Of a stretch of DNA of 64,000 nucleotides, positions 62,201 through 64,000 are shown piece by piece. The translations under genes were made by a program, and so were the position numbers. The first letter of the stretch is position 1. Each line of letters begins with the position of its first letter. This stretch comes from Carpediemonas membranifera BICM (Eukaryota > Protista > Fornicata). The notes under the pieces were generated by a model, which saw nothing but the letters and a program-made list of their open reading frames with translations, had not been told where the DNA came from and searched no databases. The stretch spans positions 620,001-684,000 of the forward strand of contig JAHDYR010000025.1 in NCBI GenBank assembly GCA_019828565.1, read 5' to 3'.

Positions 62201-62358
62201 TCGCCATCAAGAGTAAAAACGTAAAGGGAGCCGCTAGAGGCGCCGAGGAAGACAAGATCTCCCTTCGAAGCGCCAGAGACGAATCTAACTCGTCTCGTCT
62301 GGCTTTCTATTATGCTATCTGGTAGCCTTAAGCTCCAGATGTCCAGATCTCGGTCCAT
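59221..62358 (-). CDS. HPS5/TECPR2-like WD40 protein with a central Pro/Glu-rich linker
   Basis: LGASSGSLYVF, VGSKPKKG...GVC and LARPQRRVF resemble the HPS5/TECPR2 N-terminal propeller motifs. Confidence 0.65.
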   Translation of the reverse strand: MDRDLDIWSLRLPDSIIESQTRRVRFVSGASKGDLVFLGASSGSLYVFTLDGERLAIISTKNVSSPVTVITMSRATLAFATEAGNVVVLSTTYETVPTRSFSYETIFTAELSHNAGEVPSFFGFVADRLLLGTTTGTVHAILLPERRTLLNINKPNKGSAEVIFHSSIAEPIVQICTAGLGIAISMASRVVLLSSGPPAVVGSKPKKGNPDLGVCELPPPPGLQETLNEPLESMLLLARPQRRVFGASTTRSMEGDIQPILITVRLNRLKTEVAQFKASNDESAISADPSEPVLGTLYREHGRVVSLSPAGLLVFADTLDTVFGWFPLGLTETPTIFAWCAGRLIASMKGGLYILSASKPQLSALPILSPVPVPPPIREPEPEPAAEPEQASVPPVAPAPVPEAQEPELVESAPTPPEPLPPTPPPPVDDDSTAEKVYKPAQEHQPTPLPSPHAEQPQQPPTPPPPVVSEEVGVEGEGRAEVTPVQAKKEARVPELEVERDETGPQPDPKDATSKKEPAPQPEVEEALPAPTPLPKELAPETSRFNSVVKAAQKQLNAQKAVAAKLAHHPPKVTQKPQAKSKPQPPAPEMQIHKFAPVVVDLFMMPPATPVMREITVPRKEAAFTTGYVDQDEFTSVYSSFAGARVERTCVVPHQEALYASCETVGILSRSAFKVCSGVMGDGCLAAAQTAAIFHVPGDTGFIYDVTAVRPSNFHLHSTLCQWLSVCTPARLDEIFAPHEWLEQMDFRDIADDMIRSLCQVALESGAFLGVSPGTPHDDALVTFIGAYSKFIDLHRAMAYADLHKLPKSFAALLEVMKRHVEPVFVMAIDGPVLATPGPVQQLTAAGGLDVLAEACRILVDGCTIDDVPVLVDARRMLSPEMLTTVLEGEVKEAYVTLALETEPTALDFNPDLLQSILKSESSSDTLRQTAIARLLTLGVTPEGAEPDAATKYAAATSLEEMCQAVLDLENPVDSIYRLTETAHPCRVWQILLADARISSIGTGVVVDMVVSILGSKIAADMILGSNIAELLSFDDLCRLDAWFG

Positions 62359-62560
62359 AGAGCTCAGGACTGCGGTTGTTTTGTCGACGTGAGGTGCAGT
62401 TTAAGGTAAGGCCTGGGCTCTGGCCTAAACCAGCAGCTAACCCTTCCGACAGAGAGACAACGAAACCACAGCCCGGTAGGACGTATTCCGCGGTCTCCAC
62501 AGCTTCGCCCGACTCGATTCGAGTCACATCTAAGTAATAACACAATCGTACACTACAGCT

Positions 62561-64000
62561 TTACTCGTGGTCGACGGTGTACAGGGTGGCGACCATGTGG
62601 AAGATCAGCTTCTGCTTGACCTCGAGGATGTCCTCGGGGAGGGCGTACACGGTGCACAGCTTCCGGGCGGCCGTGATGACGTACTTGGCGTTCGCCATGC
62701 GCTCCTCGTCGTCAGAGCCCTCGTTGATCTCGGCGTGGTCGATGACGCGGTTGTCGATAGCGAAGAGGAGGTCAGCAAGCCACTTCGACGTCTTGAGCTC
62801 CTTGGCTCTGAAGGACCCGATAGTGCTCCCGGCGCGGCCGTTGGCCCAGGACAAGATGCCCTTCTCGTCGAGCCCAGAGACGGAGCCGACGATGTGGTAC
62901 TCCATGAGGCGCCACATGACGGCGAGCGTGTACATCTTGTGGCCCTCGACGAGGTTGTTGCCGTCGATGCCGACGAGCTTCATGCCGAGAGAGTTCTGGA
63001 TGATGTCGATGACCTTGTTGCAGTTTTCGCTCTTCTTCCAAGTGTTGTTGGGAGTCTTGTTCACCTTCTTCCACTCAACGCAGCCGGGCTTGAGGTGGTC
63101 GAGGACCTGGAGGAGGATCACACCGTCGCGGAGGTCGTCGAAGAGGCGATCCACAGTCCCCTCGATGCCGAGGTTGTTGATCCAGTTACGGAAGGCGCGC
63201 TCCTCGCGGCCCATGGACTCGTCATCCTCGTCGAGGACGTCGCGGAGCTCACGAAGCTGCTCCTCGGACTCGATGACCTCGAGGGCGGGCCAGTTGTTGA
63301 ACAGAGCGGCGACGAAGGCGAGGTTGAGCTTGGAGATGCCGTTGGTGATGTCGGAGGGCTGGATGAAGCGCTCAACGCCGAGCTTAGCAGCGCCGGCGAT
63401 GACAGCCTCAGCGCGGTCCTCGGGGGACATGCTGAGGGGGCCGCGGTTGCACTGCTCGGGGGCGATCTGGGCAAGAAGGACGGTGTAGTTCTCGCCGTCC
63501 TTGATGGAGCCGGAGAAGTCCTTAACGCGGCGTTCCCAGCCAGCAGCGGCGAGGTGGAAGTTGAACCAGCGGATGAGGATGTGCTCAGCGGGAAGCTTCA
63601 TGAAGTCGGAGAGCTCCTCGCCGTCCTCGAGCAGGCGGTAGAGCTCGGGGTGATGGGTCAGGTTGATCTCGGAGAAGAGGGCGAGCTTCATCACCTGCCA
63701 GACGAGGCCGAGCACGAGGTGGGGGGTGCCGGCGGTCATGTCCTCGGCGCCGATGTTGACAGTGGAGCAGCCGACGGCCTTGGCAGAGTTGACGGCGACG
63801 TTCTGGTTCTCACCGATTTCGAAGTTGTTGAGGGCGCGGTTCTTCTTGTGGGGCCAGTTGACGGCACGCTCATCGATCGTGTTGGGGACGGCGAAGTTGA
63901 GGAGCTTGCAAAGAAGAGTACCGTCGTGGACAGAGCTGAAAAGGGACTCATCCATGGGATTCAGGGGAAGGAGGTCCTTCAGAGCCTCGTCGGAGCCCAG
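62561..64000 (-). CDS. Fimbrin/plastin (four CH domains); 5' end outside the window
   Basis: DGTLLCKLLN..VPNTIDERAVN, HLVLGLVWQ, PAEHILIRWFNFHL, REERAFRNWIN and NAKYVITAARK. The frame is open to the window edge. Confidence 0.97.
   Translation of the reverse strand: MGSDEALKDLLPLNPMDESLFSSVHDGTLLCKLLNFAVPNTIDERAVNWPHKKNRALNNFEIGENQNVAVNSAKAVGCSTVNIGAEDMTAGTPHLVLGLVWQVMKLALFSEINLTHHPELYRLLEDGEELSDFMKLPAEHILIRWFNFHLAAAGWERRVKDFSGSIKDGENYTVLLAQIAPEQCNRGPLSMSPEDRAEAVIAGAAKLGVERFIQPSDITNGISKLNLAFVAALFNNWPALEVIESEEQLRELRDVLDEDDESMGREERAFRNWINNLGIEGTVDRLFDDLRDGVILLQVLDHLKPGCVEWKKVNKTPNNTWKKSENCNKVIDIIQNSLGMKLVGIDGNNLVEGHKMYTLAVMWRLMEYHIVGSVSGLDEKGILSWANGRAGSTIGSFRAKELKTSKWLADLLFAIDNRVIDHAEINEGSDDEERMANAKYVITAARKLCTVYALPEDILEVKQKLIFHMVATLYTVDHE

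Noticed and set aside
38148-62358. Apparent cluster of trafficking genes (Vps8, COG3, NSF, HPS5-like)
   Set aside because: They are interspersed with unrelated genes and compatible with chance in a compact genome.
1-64000. Prokaryotic origin, CRISPR arrays, rRNA, tRNA, introns
   Set aside because: Gene content is eukaryotic. No repeat-spacer array or RNA gene was recognised by eye, and frame breaks are explained by 1-bp indels. tRNAscan and Rfam were not run.

Overview
Gene-dense, apparently intron-free, GC-rich eukaryotic DNA from a flagellated protist. Gene content and compactness resemble a free-living fornicate metamonad such as Carpediemonas; this is an inference, not verified. Housekeeping genes: WDPCP/Fritz-like, PF20/SPAG16 (two copies), CCDC87-like, a divergent actin-like protein, Vps8, USP39/Sad1, a short COG3, UBA2, NSF/Sec18 (two homopolymer frameshifts), ALG13, pecanex, HPS5/TECPR2-like and fimbrin (partial). 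There is also a 5154-aa type I surface protein built from about 12 FG-GAP-propeller/Cys-rich units, and two bacterial-looking genes (a rhodanese and an FHA-GAF-class III adenylyl cyclase). The most notable feature is a family of ~550-aa cytosolic proteins with six members (F1-F6) plus one fragment. Each has a conserved N-terminal helical module containing an F-box-like (alternatively ankyrin-like) motif, followed by a divergent RCC1-like beta region. Members sit at the breakpoints of recent, near-identical duplications. F6 is a three-part mosaic: promoter and 5' end from F5, a middle piece from a donor outside the window, and the 3' part from F4. This suggests a recombination-shuffled intracellular adaptor repertoire. 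No rRNA, tRNA, CRISPR array or transposase was recognised.
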